Positions 1 to 8,766 of a stretch of 64,000 nt of DNA are shown here, one piece after another. The notes beneath the pieces were generated by a model. That model saw only the letters and a list, made by a program, of their open reading frames with translations, did no database searches and was not told where the DNA came from. Source of the DNA: Gemmatimonadales bacterium (lineage in GTDB: Bacteria > Gemmatimonadota > Gemmatimonadetes > Gemmatimonadales > GWC2-71-9). The first letter of the stretch is position 1. Each line of letters starts with the position of its first letter. The position numbers and the translations under genes were made by a program. The stretch spans positions 1,024,001-1,088,000 of the forward strand of contig JBBCJC010000002.1 of the NCBI GenBank assembly GCA_037189525.1, in the 5' to 3' direction.

Positions 1-206
1 AACTGCATCAACTCTTCGAGCGCGATCAACGCAGGTGTAGACTTAGCCGAGAACACATGGTAGTCGCGGTCAGGGAACGGAAGAGGGTTCCGATCGCGCA
101 CAAGACTGGTGGTCCACGCAGCCAGAAGCAGCACCGCCACGAGCGCCGGATAGAACACAATGCGAGGCACTTTTACGGAACTGTTGACGAATCGTGCAAC
201 TGTCAT
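1..206 (-). CDS. Hypothetical membrane/secreted protein, partial (runs off left edge); probable gene-cassette ORF
   Basis: Manual translation from ATG at 206: MTVARFVNSSVKVPRIVFYPALVAVLLLAAWTTSLVRDRNPLPFPDRDYHVF..., open to the edge, with a hydrophobic segment. It starts about 75 nt after the attC GTTAGAC core. Not in the ORF track. Confidence 0.55.
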   Translation of the reverse strand, partial: MTVARFVNSSVKVPRIVFYPALVAVLLLAAWTTSLVRDRNPLPFPDRDYHVFSAKSTPALIALEELMQ

Positions 207-280
207 GGGTTTTTCCGATCACGCGGCGGTGATTGTTGTGAATTCCGGATGTTGCCACCATGCCGATCGCGGCACGAGGC

Positions 281-417
281 GTCTAACGACTTTGAGTTTC
301 AGCAGCAGCCGGTATGGAACTGAGCAGCCGCGCCATCCTCCCAACCAACATGGGGGCGCGGCCGCGACTCCGGAAGCGGAACCCCGCCCGGCTGCCCGCT
401 GCAAACCCCTGTCAGGC
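281..417 (-). mobile_element. Integron attC recombination site
   Basis: On the - strand it begins GCCTGAC (R''-like, overlapping the toxin stop) and ends GTTAGAC (GTTRRRY). Arms TTGCAGCGGGCAGCCGG and CCGGCTGCTGCTGAA pair with extra unpaired bases. Inner GCCGCGCC/GGCGCGGC stem; 137 bp in total. Confidence 0.75.
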
Positions 418-714
418 GTCTTCCGGAGCAACCGGCTCGTCGGGGAGTTGGGCACCGTGCCAGACCCCAACGACCCAAATCGTCCTCTGAACCACGCGAT
501 AGAAGAACCGATAGGGCCGAACAATGACCTCCCGATACGGGAGGTCCGGAAACTCCGGGATCCGCCGCCCGGACTCAGGGAACCGCTCCAACCGTTTCAA
601 CGTCTTCAGCGCACGGGCGTGAAACCGCCGCGCCACGGTGGGTCGATCGGCGAGAATGTACGCGACGACCGCAAGGAACTGCCGGTCGCCCGTCGGGGTG
701 AACCGAACCTTCAC
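412..714 (-). CDS. Type II toxin, RelE/ParE family
   Basis: 100 aa; MKVRFT...L.RFPESGRRIPE...YREVIVRPYRFFYRV...VVGVWHGAQ pattern; overlaps the antitoxin stop. Confidence 0.9.
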   Translation of the reverse strand: MKVRFTPTGDRQFLAVVAYILADRPTVARRFHARALKTLKRLERFPESGRRIPEFPDLPYREVIVRPYRFFYRVVQRTIWVVGVWHGAQLPDEPVAPEDA

Positions 715-992
715 ACGCCAGCGTCGCGCAACATCTGGTCCGCCTCGGCCAAGACCGCGTCCAAATCTCGGCCCTTCCCTGCAGCAATCTCCCGTTCCCC
801 AGTCGCCAGGAGGTGGAGGAGCTGCCGCTCACGTTCCGCCTGTTCGTAGGCCTCCACGCTCAGCATGACGGCGGCCGCGCGCCCCCGCTGGGTAATGACC
901 ACCGGCGCTCGGGACTTCTTGACTTGAGCCAAAGCACGGGCCGCATCTTGGCGAAAGTCGGTGATGGGGATGATAGGTGGGACTTTGGACAT
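711..992 (-). CDS. Type II antitoxin, Phd/YefM family
   Basis: 93 aa; IIPITDFRQ...PVVITQRGRAAAVMLSVEAYE is the Phd/YefM N-terminal signature; directly upstream of the toxin. Confidence 0.9.
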   Translation of the reverse strand: MSKVPPIIPITDFRQDAARALAQVKKSRAPVVITQRGRAAAVMLSVEAYEQAERERQLLHLLATGEREIAAGKGRDLDAVLAEADQMLRDAGV

Positions 993-1007
993 TGGAACGA
1001 CCCTTTA

Positions 1008-1029
1008 GACGTACACTGCAAGGTACGTC
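1008..1029. promoter_or_regulatory. Probable TA autoregulatory operator (inverted repeat)
   Basis: GACGTAC-N8-GTACGTC perfect 7-bp inverted repeat, 15 nt upstream of the antitoxin start. Confidence 0.55.
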
Positions 1030-1179
1030 AGGGCGTGCGTCAGCGCAAACCGGTCGATTGGAGGACCTTGCCGATCAGGAAGCGATGCCTACCCCGTCAT
1101 CCCGCCATTCGCCCCAAAACCGATAGCGGTGGTTCCAGGCAGTCGATTCTGTTCCCCCGTCTCCTAACTGGAACCCGTC

Positions 1180-1461
1180 GTGTCGATCTTCCGTCTCCTC
1201 GTAGTCCTCACCTCCACCGCCCTCGCCGCTGCTCCCGTAGCCAACCCAATCCATCTGGCGCCGGGAAGCGCGCTGCTCCGGCTCGATCGGATCACGCCGT
1301 CCGTCGACAGCACCTTCATCCGTTGGTCGATGAACGGCCAGGAGCGGGCGGGCCCGATTCAGATCGAGTCGGTCCGCCGAATCACCCGGGACGGCGGTGC
1401 GGTGCTCGAGGGGCAGGGCAGCAGGCGGCCCGTTAAACATACCTCGACCGAGCCCGCGTGA
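1180..1461 (+). pseudogene. Probable truncated secreted-protein gene (N-terminal fragment)
   Basis: Clear signal peptide (MSIFRLLVVLTSTALAAAP), then the ORF ends after 93 aa exactly where the half attC begins. Confidence 0.4.
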
Positions 1462-1487
1462 CTGCTGCAGGGCCTCGTTGGGCGGCC
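1460..1487 (-). mobile_element. attC half-site (R''/L'' arm only)
   Basis: - strand GGCCGCCCAAC-GAGGCCCTGCAGCAGT just after the stop of 1499-2215: RYYYAAC followed by a CTGCAGC L-box-like arm. No matching second arm found. Confidence 0.5.
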
Positions 1488-1498
1488 GCCGGATTTCG

Positions 1499-2215
1499 TT
1501 AGCGTATTACGCTGGTTGATCGTCCTGCCTCGTCGAGTATTTCGATCTCAGGCGTTCCCTCCGCAGTTACGCTCAAACGCAGACGAGGGCGTCCCTTAAC
1601 GTCCGAGAGTACTAGCACTGCGGTATTGTCTCGCCCCTTGCCGAGAAACAGTCGCTGAGTGGTCAACTGGTCGGCATCACGGAGAGCTTGGATCGCCTGA
1701 CGACGCGCTGAGGTGTCCGGCATCGCCTGAATCTCTCGGTACTTCTCCTGCAAGACGTCGCCCGGAATGTTTGGCTGCTGCCACATCTCCAGCCCGCTTG
1801 AGTAAGTTCCATTGTCACCCTCGAGATGCCTGAATCCGATTGTCTGGTCGCCGCGGACCTTATCGAACGTTAACGATCCGAAGTGGCCAATCTTGCCATT
1901 CTCGCCGTAGATGAGCCCGCCCATCTCATCACCGAGGTGGTTAAAGAAGATCAATCCGGGAGGACGTGGCCCTGCACGCGGAATGATCCTGCCATTGACA
2001 ATGCCGGGGTGCTGACGGGCCTGGTTAGAAATCACCATTCGCAACTGTCCATCGCTTTCCACGATGTTGATGCGTTGTACGTCTATTTCGGCGAAGCTGA
2101 CCCGCCCCTGAGGACTCTGAAAGGCGACCACGAGGGTCAGAAGTGCCAACGCCGTGACGACAACCGCATAGCGCTTGAGGAAGCGTACATCGCGACTCAG
2201 TGCGGATTCATCCAT
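1499..2215 (-). CDS. Conserved hypothetical membrane-anchored protein; probable cassette cargo
   Basis: 238 aa with an N-terminal TM helix and FAEIDVQRINIVE.DG.LRMVISN motif; bracketed by complementary attC cores. Confidence 0.75.
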   Translation of the reverse strand: MDESALSRDVRFLKRYAVVVTALALLTLVVAFQSPQGRVSFAEIDVQRINIVESDGQLRMVISNQARQHPGIVNGRIIPRAGPRPPGLIFFNHLGDEMGGLIYGENGKIGHFGSLTFDKVRGDQTIGFRHLEGDNGTYSSGLEMWQQPNIPGDVLQEKYREIQAMPDTSARRQAIQALRDADQLTTQRLFLGKGRDNTAVLVLSDVKGRPRLRLSVTAEGTPEIEILDEAGRSTSVIR

Positions 2216-2383
2216 TTGGTAGCCTCATATGCCATGGTATTCGACGAAACACTGGTCCTTCGATTTGGATACTTCGGTGGCGGCTCGCGTTGCATGGAGA
2301 TGGTTCTGGAGCAAATGTTTGCGAACGGCGGTCAATCGCATGGGGTGCGCCTAGCACCTGGGTCTGCCTGCATTCTCGGATTG

Positions 2384-2567
2384 GGCCGCCCAACTAGGGT
2401 ATGGACCTGCTGGCGCTGTGCACAAGTCCGGAATACGGTAAACGCTACCGCAGAATTCTGAGCCTGCGGTATTCATCGGCCGAGCAGCGACCGACAAAAC
2501 TGATACCCGATCGCAAGGAACCATCGGGCCGCTAACCCTACCGACAGTTGCAGAACATTGGTTAGGA
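2384..2567 (-). mobile_element. Degenerate attC site or attC remnants
   Basis: - strand starts TCCTAAC-CAATGTTCTGCAACTG and ends CAGCAGG...CCCTAGTTGGGCGGCC (GTTRRRY). Arms pair poorly; region is AT-richer than flanks. Confidence 0.45.
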
Positions 2568-2622
2568 AGCTCTCCGCCTATGCTAAATGAAGGTGAGCTA
2601 GGCGTGTCCCCAGATGTCAGCG

Positions 2623-2952
2623 TCAATCGACGATAAAAAGTCGCGCCCCGCCCTCCGTCGAGGACCGATGCGGAGCCACGTCGTCCGACACATGGTACGA
2701 CATCCCCGCCGTCATCACATGCTTCCCGCCACCTTGAATTTCCGTGACGAGCACGCCGTCGAGCACATAGAGAATGTGACCCCGATGACACCAGTGATCC
2801 GCCAGGTACCCCGGTGAGTACGTCACCAGCCGTACCCGAACGTTCCCAGCCTGGATCGTCCGCCAGATCGCCTCGCCGGTTGTGCCCGGATGCCGGGTCT
2901 CCGGAACCGTGGACCAGTCCGTGATGCCGAAAGGGACGCCCTCGATCTTCAT
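2623..2952 (-). CDS. DHCW-motif cupin fold protein
   Basis: 109 aa; PFG.TDW...H.G.TG.A.WRT...YSPGYLADHWC.RGH motif. Confidence 0.85.
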   Translation of the reverse strand: MKIEGVPFGITDWSTVPETRHPGTTGEAIWRTIQAGNVRVRLVTYSPGYLADHWCHRGHILYVLDGVLVTEIQGGGKHVMTAGMSYHVSDDVAPHRSSTEGGARLFIVD

Positions 2953-3012
2953 AACTTCACCTTACCTGTAGTCGACGCGATCGACCCAATATCTGACCGC
3001 CACCTGAGCAGG

Positions 3013-3561
3013 TCATTCGCACCGCTTCTGACGGAAATCGACCGGCTGGCACTCGAATGCCGACGTCGCCCACAGGCCGCGGTTGTTCTGCTGCGCATCG
3101 CGCGCGGCGCTTCGGAACTGGTCGGCATACCGGACGTTCGGCGGCAGGATGTAGACGACCGCAAAGCCCTGATGCAGCATCGACTCGTTGATCAGCTCGC
3201 CGTCCTCGTTCCACAGATAGGCCAGGATCCGCCCGAACTGATCGCGCTCGCGAACGTCGAGTTCCAGGCCGACCTCCGATTGGCGCGGCAAAAGCGCCCT
3301 GAGCGCCGCCGCCGACCGGTCACCGAATGGCCGTTGTCGTAACTCCGGCGCGTCGATGCCAAGCAAGCGAATCGACTGCTTGGCCCCTTCCACCTCGCAC
3401 TCGACCGAGTCGCCGTCGACGACCCGGAGCACTCTACAGGTCGGCCGCTCCACCGTCGATTGCGGCGGTGTCGCGGCCGGCGCCGAGGATGACCAGTACC
3501 AAAGCCCGACGGCCAGGGAGGTCAGCCCGGCGGCCAGACGGACCCAGGCCCGACGAGTCAT
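3013..3561 (-). CDS. Thermonuclease (SNase) family protein, exported
   Basis: VVDGDS, IRLLGIDAPE, DQFGRILAY, AQQNNRGLW motifs; N-terminal TM/signal. Confidence 0.92.
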   Translation of the reverse strand: MTRRAWVRLAAGLTSLAVGLWYWSSSAPAATPPQSTVERPTCRVLRVVDGDSVECEVEGAKQSIRLLGIDAPELRQRPFGDRSAAALRALLPRQSEVGLELDVRERDQFGRILAYLWNEDGELINESMLHQGFAVVYILPPNVRYADQFRSAARDAQQNNRGLWATSAFECQPVDFRQKRCE

Positions 3562-4301
3562 GGACTCGGCGGAATGTCGGTTGCGGACGCGTCCGGATCG
3601 CTCGTCTGCGCAGCAGGAGCGGGGCGGTCAGTGGCCCGCCGGCGCCGTTGTCGCCCTTCCTCATACCACCGCCGCGTAATTTCCCCGGCCAGTTCGCGGT
3701 TGCCCAGCCCGAATGCGAGTCCCGCCGCCAGCGCGATCGCGCCGAGCACCAGGGTAAACGCCGCTGTGACGATTTCGGCCGCCACGCCCATCTGCTGGGC
3801 AGCCATGAAGACGGCGATCAACACCACCGCCGTCTTGGCCAGCTTGGCCAGGGTCGGCACGCCTTCGACCGCGCCCGCCGACGCCAGCACGATGCCCCGA
3901 ACGAACTCGCCCACGATCATGCCCAGGATGACGATCACCACGGCCGCGATCAGGGTCGGGATGTACGAGAGCATGGTCCCGAACATCTCGTTGATGCTGT
4001 CGAGACCGAGCGCCGCGCTGGCCAGGAGGATGACCACCAGCATCACCAGCCAGAAGAGGAGCTTGCCGACCGCGTGAATCGGATCGACTCGCATACCCGC
4101 CCGATCCACCGCCTCCGACAACCCGCCCGCTTCGGCCACTTTGTTGAAGTTGAGGCGGCGGAGCAGGGCATCGGTGGTGTGCGCCACCAGTTTCGCCAGG
4201 AAGTAGCCGGCCAGCAGGATCAACAGCGCGCCGAAAAACGCGGGCACGATGGCGACCAGTTGCGCCAGGCCGATCTGCAGACGTTCGAACAACGGATTCA
4301 T
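3558..4301 (-). CDS. CmpX-like / MscS-associated TM-helix repeat membrane protein
   Basis: 247 aa, multi-TM; YIPTLIAAVVIVILG and ALAAGLAFGLG.RE.A motifs. Confidence 0.8.
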   Translation of the reverse strand: MNPLFERLQIGLAQLVAIVPAFFGALLILLAGYFLAKLVAHTTDALLRRLNFNKVAEAGGLSEAVDRAGMRVDPIHAVGKLLFWLVMLVVILLASAALGLDSINEMFGTMLSYIPTLIAAVVIVILGMIVGEFVRGIVLASAGAVEGVPTLAKLAKTAVVLIAVFMAAQQMGVAAEIVTAAFTLVLGAIALAAGLAFGLGNRELAGEITRRWYEEGRQRRRRATDRPAPAAQTSDPDASATDIPPSP

Positions 4302-5332
4302 GGATTCACCTCGAGGACGACCTTGCCCAGCTGACTCCCGCTCGCCAGCCGCTCGTAGGCGCGGACGCCTTCCTCGAGCGGTACCACCAGATCCACCGGC
4401 GGCGTCAGCTTACCGCTGTTGGCCACCGCCATCATGGCCTGGAAATCGGCGCTGGTGCCCATGGTCGACCCGAGCAGGCTCCACTGGAACCAGAAGAGCT
4501 TGCGGATGTCGATCGAGACATGCGGCCCCGTGGTCGCCCCGCAGGTGACCAGCCGGCCTCCGGGGCGCAGCGACCGCAGCGACTTGTCCCAGGTTTGCTC
4601 ACCGACCGAGTCGACCACCACGTCGGCTCCGACCCCCGTCAGCGCGCGGACCTCCTTGGCCACGTCCGCGGTGACATGATTGAGGGCAACATCCGCGCCG
4701 AGCGCGGTGGCGGCCGCGAGCTTGTCCTCGGACGAACTGGTCACGATCACCCGCGCGCCGACATGCTTGGCAATCTGCAGTGCCGCCAGCGACACCCCAC
4801 CACCGATCCCCCAGATCAGGACGGTCTCGCCCGGCGCGAGCCGAGCCCGGGTAACGAGCATCCGCCATGCCGTGAGGGTGGCGAGCGGCAGCGCCGCTGC
4901 CTGGGCCCAACTCAAGTGCGCTCCCACCGTGGCCACGTTGCGCGCCGGCACGACCAGATATTCGGCCGCGGTGCCCGGGCTGTGCTCGCCGATCACGCCG
5001 AAGCGCCGGCAGTACGGCTCTTCGCCCGCGAGGCACATGGCACAAGTCCCGCAGGAGAGACCGGGATTGAGGACGACACGATCGCCCGGGGCCAGTCCGG
5101 TGACCTCGCTGCCCACCGACTCGATCACGCCGGCCGCATCGGTCCCGACGATGTGTGGAAAGCTGAGGGTGACACCCGGCAACCCGCCGACGACGAAGAT
5201 GTCGAGCCGGTTGAGCGCGGCTGCCTTGACGGCGATGCGGACCTGATCGGGCTGTTCCAGCGTCCGATCGGGGAGTTCGAGGGTTCGGAGCCGGTCGAAT
5301 CCGCCGTGTCCGGTCAGCGTAAGTGCGCGCAT
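4298..5332 (-). CDS. Zinc-binding alcohol dehydrogenase / quinone oxidoreductase (MDR family)
   Basis: AAALNRLD, CGTCAMC...C structural zinc site, GIGGGV nucleotide-binding motif, GKVVL C-terminus; ATG at 5332. Confidence 0.9.
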   Translation of the reverse strand: MRALTLTGHGGFDRLRTLELPDRTLEQPDQVRIAVKAAALNRLDIFVVGGLPGVTLSFPHIVGTDAAGVIESVGSEVTGLAPGDRVVLNPGLSCGTCAMCLAGEEPYCRRFGVIGEHSPGTAAEYLVVPARNVATVGAHLSWAQAAALPLATLTAWRMLVTRARLAPGETVLIWGIGGGVSLAALQIAKHVGARVIVTSSSEDKLAAATALGADVALNHVTADVAKEVRALTGVGADVVVDSVGEQTWDKSLRSLRPGGRLVTCGATTGPHVSIDIRKLFWFQWSLLGSTMGTSADFQAMMAVANSGKLTPPVDLVVPLEEGVRAYERLASGSQLGKVVLEVNP

Positions 5333-5429
5333 AGCTTGCACAAGTGAGAGAGATGTGCAAGATATATGTCTGCAGTCGCGCAGGGCGAGTCATCAGACAG
5401 GCGAACAGTCTTTCGCGTTGGAGGACGAG

Positions 5430-5936
5430 ATGGTGTTCCGTGATGTGGAAATGGGTTGGACCGGGTCGGGGTGGATGGAGCCTATGCCGTCGTCATCCCC
5501 GCCAGCAGCGCCGGCTCCAGTTTCGGCACCGGCCCCAGCGGCCGTGCCGCCCGTTCCCGCCACACCGGTGGTGCTCGAAGTTCCCGAGCCCGCCGCGCCC
5601 AAGCCGCGTACTGCCAAACCCAAGGCGGCGCCCAAACGGGTCGCCAAGCGGAAACCGGCTGGCAAGAAAAAGCCGGCCGCACGTCCCAAGTCGGCCAAGA
5701 AGGCCGCCAAGTCAGTTGCCCGGCCCAAAAAGGCCGTCAAGAAAGGTGGAAAAAAGATGGCGAAGAAGACTGCGAAGAAGGCCGCGAAGAAGTCGACCAA
5801 GAAGGTCGCTCGCAAGCCGGCCAAGAAGGTTGCCAAGAAGGCCGTGAAGAGAGTCGCTGCGAAGAAGGCCACCAAAAAGGTCGCGAAGAAGGCGACCCGC
5901 AAAGTCGTCAAAAAGGCCGCCAAGAAGCGGAAGTGA
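5430..5936 (+). CDS. Histone H1-like Lys/Ala-rich DNA-binding protein
   Basis: GGAGG RBS before ATG 5430; Pro/Ala-rich N-terminus, then KKAA/KKVA/KKAT repeats. Confidence 0.7.
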   Translation: MVFRDVEMGWTGSGWMEPMPSSSPPAAPAPVSAPAPAAVPPVPATPVVLEVPEPAAPKPRTAKPKAAPKRVAKRKPAGKKKPAARPKSAKKAAKSVARPKKAVKKGGKKMAKKTAKKAAKKSTKKVARKPAKKVAKKAVKRVAAKKATKKVAKKATRKVVKKAAKKRK

Positions 5937-6877
5937 ACGGTTCGGCGTCTGACGAGGGGGCGCTCCACGAGCGTGGGGCGCCCCCTTCGCCTTCCTCACC
6001 TCCGGATGCCAGCTCGGCACGGGAACGGCTGGGTCGATTCTTTGCCCGACGCCTGAATCGGCACGGCTGGGTGGCCCGACGGGAACTGGGCCAGCCATCT
6101 CCGGGAGATGATCAGCTCCGCCAACAGCTGGCCACTTCGGCCGGCTCGACCTTCCGGCAGGGTTCCGGTGCTTACAGTTGGGCCCTTCGTACCGGCCTGG
6201 TCGAAGACCTGGCGGCGCTCGCTCCCGGTTCGGAGCAGCTCCGCGAAGCCGTCGCCCCTCTACTGACTCTCAGCGGTCGCGCCGGCGCATTTGGGGAAGG
6301 GTGTACCTCCGCGAGACACGGCCACCGCGTCTGCGAGCATTTCATCGGCGGCTTCTTTGCCGTCGCCCCTCCGTCCGCTCGCGTTGCCCCGACCACGTTA
6401 CCCAACGGACGCGCCTACCGGGTCGAATCCCAGGCCCGCTTTGCGGCAAGTTGCTGGATCCTGCGCGCCGTGCTCCTAGCCGGAGCCCAGGACGACGCCG
6501 GTGTGCAGCGGCACCTGAGCAGCTTCGGTTATCTGTTGGAAGAGTGGGATCGCTGGGAGGATTTCCTCATCCCCGACCTGGCCTTTGCCGCGCTCGGCGC
6601 GCTCGCGATTGCTCCGGAGCGGTGGCGTGATACCCGCGAGTCGTTGCTGCGGGTGGTGAGCGGCCGTCAGCTGCGCGACGGGACCTGGCCCAAGGTCGAT
6701 TTCTTCACCGCGCTGGACGGTCTGGTGGCCGTCGATCACCCCACCGCTCGCGAGCTGCTGGAGCGGGCCCTGCCAAGTCTCTTGCAGCGGCAGCGGGAGG
6801 ACGGGTCGTTCGGCACCGTGGCACCCGATGAGCGCGGCCTGATCGGGCTTCGTGTATTGGCCCGCGTGATCGGCTGA
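5933..6877 (+). CDS. Hypothetical protein with prenyltransferase/squalene-cyclase-like QW repeats
   Basis: GTG start overlaps the previous stop (GTGA); QLRDGTWP and QREDGSFG repeats near the C-terminus. Confidence 0.6.
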   Translation: MNGSASDEGALHERGAPPSPSSPPDASSARERLGRFFARRLNRHGWVARRELGQPSPGDDQLRQQLATSAGSTFRQGSGAYSWALRTGLVEDLAALAPGSEQLREAVAPLLTLSGRAGAFGEGCTSARHGHRVCEHFIGGFFAVAPPSARVAPTTLPNGRAYRVESQARFAASCWILRAVLLAGAQDDAGVQRHLSSFGYLLEEWDRWEDFLIPDLAFAALGALAIAPERWRDTRESLLRVVSGRQLRDGTWPKVDFFTALDGLVAVDHPTARELLERALPSLLQRQREDGSFGTVAPDERGLIGLRVLARVIG

Positions 6878-6929
6878 CGGATCGGTTCGGATGGTCCCGC
6901 GGTCCCCCGCGCCGCTCTATATTAGCGGG

Positions 6930-7151
6930 GTGTCCTTCCATTGGTCTCCCACCCGCATGGATCAGTTGGAGCGAGCCGCCCGCGAAGGGAAGCGGGTCGC
7001 CCTGATGCGTCGCGGAACGGAATACGTCGTGATCGCCCGCCGGCTCGAAATCGGCGCGCGCGGTGACCGCCTGATCGGCTTCCTTACCATGTCGGGTCAG
7101 GAGATGGCCTTCGAGCTCGACCAGGTCGAGTCCTTCGAGGTCGTCTCGTGA
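6930..7151 (+). CDS. Small hypothetical protein
   Basis: In-frame GTG 6 nt after a TATATT -10 hexamer; stop overlaps the rnhA start (GTGA). Confidence 0.65.
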   Translation: MSFHWSPTRMDQLERAAREGKRVALMRRGTEYVVIARRLEIGARGDRLIGFLTMSGQEMAFELDQVESFEVVS

Positions 7152-7816
7152 CGGCGCCCGTGCCTCGGCCCCGCGTCGTGGTCGCCCACCTGGATGAAAG
7201 CTGTCTGGGCAACGGCCGAGAGGGGTCGAACCCGGGGGGCGCGGCGGGTCTGATCGAAACCCGCACCAGCCGGGGCGTGGAGCGGCGGGATTTCTACGTG
7301 TCGGCGCCGGCCACCACGAACAATCGCATGGCCCTGACCAGCGCCATCACCCTGCTCGAAATCCTGGCCGGCAAGGGCCACCGTTTGCGGGTGCTGGTGA
7401 TTTCCGACTCCGAGTATCTGGTGCGCGGAAGTCGCGAGTGGCTGCCCGGGTGGGTGGCTCGCGGCTGGAAACGCAAAGCGGGGCCGATCGAGAATCTCGA
7501 ACTCTGGCGCTCGCTCCACTCGGCGCTCACCTTGCACGATACCCAACTAGTCTGGGTCCGGGGGCACGCCGGCCATCTCAAGAACGAGTTCGTCAACGAT
7601 CTGGCCATCAAGGCGGCGCGAGAACAGGTCGCCACCAAAGGCGCGATCGAGTCGACGTTACCGGAATGGCTTGCTGCGCATCGTGCCAAGGGGCGCTACC
7701 TCGAATCCGATCCGGATGCGTCGTATGCGGTGCTCGAACAGCGGGTCGCCGCCGGAGAGCGGTTTGCCATGTCGCTGGACGAACGCGCGGTGAGCGCGGC
7801 GGGAGGGCGGGAATGA
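7148..7816 (+). CDS. rnhA: Ribonuclease HI (divergent active site)
   Basis: D.SCLGN, NPGG, TTNNRM, SDSEY, GW.ARGWK, N.ELW, WVRGHAGH..NE motifs. Confidence 0.88.
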   Translation: MTAPVPRPRVVVAHLDESCLGNGREGSNPGGAAGLIETRTSRGVERRDFYVSAPATTNNRMALTSAITLLEILAGKGHRLRVLVISDSEYLVRGSREWLPGWVARGWKRKAGPIENLELWRSLHSALTLHDTQLVWVRGHAGHLKNEFVNDLAIKAAREQVATKGAIESTLPEWLAAHRAKGRYLESDPDASYAVLEQRVAAGERFAMSLDERAVSAAGGRE

Positions 7817-8766
7817 CCGACCTGGAACGCTTCGTCAAACGATTGCTGGAGACCCTCAAGGCCCGTCATCCCGCCGGGGCGCAGCGTCCTTTCACGGTCG
7901 CCGAGTTGCGTGGCGCCGTCCTGCCGTACCGAATGCACCGCTCGGCGCTCGGACTCTCGAGTAGCGAAGACTACGAGCTGCTGGTTTTCCGTCTGATGGC
8001 CGAAGAGGGAGGCTTTGCGCGGACGACGCCACCCGATGCGGCTGACCGCGCCCGGGAAGAGCTGGCGTCGCCGGTGCCGGATCTGGATTTGGTAGAGCTT
8101 TGGGGCGATGCCACGCTCCAGTTGACCCACGACGTCGCCAACCGGCTGGCGGCGATCGAATCTGCCGAGCTGGCGGAAGTCCCGTCTCCCGCCGATCCGG
8201 TTGCGCCGGTAGCTGCGGTGGAGCCCTTGCTACGGGAAGCGGATTTCGTTGAGGCGATAGTCGACGGTGCGGAGCAAGTGCATTGCCTCGCGAATGACGA
8301 GGAGCCGGTCGCGGTAGACCTCGAGGAATTGGTAGTCTCGGATGCGGAGCAGGCGGATGGCGAAGACTCGAATGAGCCGGACACCGAGCCGCTGGAGGGC
8401 AAAGGCTCGAATGAACCGGACACCGAGCTGCTGATCGAGGAACTGCTTCCGACGGTTTCGGTGGCCGCGCCCGCCACGAGTTCGTCGTCGGACGTGCACG
8501 CGCGAGAAGAAATTTCGGCCGAGTTGTCGGCTCCGGCGCCGTTCGAGCCGCTGGCGGACAGTGTCTCGGTCGATGGCATCACGGCCACGTCGATCGGCGA
8601 ACGGGTCTGCCTGTCCTGCGAGGCGCCGCTCCCATCGGATCGGCTCCTGGCCTTCTGCCCTTTCTGCGGCGAACAGGTCGGGGTCCGACGTTGCCGGCGC
8701 TGTGGCAGCGAGATGGAGCCGGACTGGCGATATTGCGGGGCATGCGGAGAGGCCCATGTCCGATAA
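7813..8766 (+). CDS. Double zinc-ribbon domain protein with acidic linker
   Basis: ATG 7813 overlaps the rnhA stop; C-terminal CLSC, CPFC, CRRC, CGAC. Confidence 0.75.
   Translation: MTDLERFVKRLLETLKARHPAGAQRPFTVAELRGAVLPYRMHRSALGLSSSEDYELLVFRLMAEEGGFARTTPPDAADRAREELASPVPDLDLVELWGDATLQLTHDVANRLAAIESAELAEVPSPADPVAPVAAVEPLLREADFVEAIVDGAEQVHCLANDEEPVAVDLEELVVSDAEQADGEDSNEPDTEPLEGKGSNEPDTELLIEELLPTVSVAAPATSSSSDVHAREEISAELSAPAPFEPLADSVSVDGITATSIGERVCLSCEAPLPSDRLLAFCPFCGEQVGVRRCRRCGSEMEPDWRYCGACGEAHVR
8367..8433 (+). repeat. Intragenic 28-bp direct repeat, 39-bp period
   Basis: CTCGAATGA(G/A)CCGGACACCGAGC(C/T)GCTG at 8367 and 8406, encoding SNEPDTE(P/L)L. Confidence 0.8.

Noticed and set aside
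5393..5968. Hydrophobic Phe/Leu/Ala-rich ORF on the - strand that looks like a membrane protein
   Set aside because: It is the antisense read of the AAG/GCC codons of the H1-like gene.
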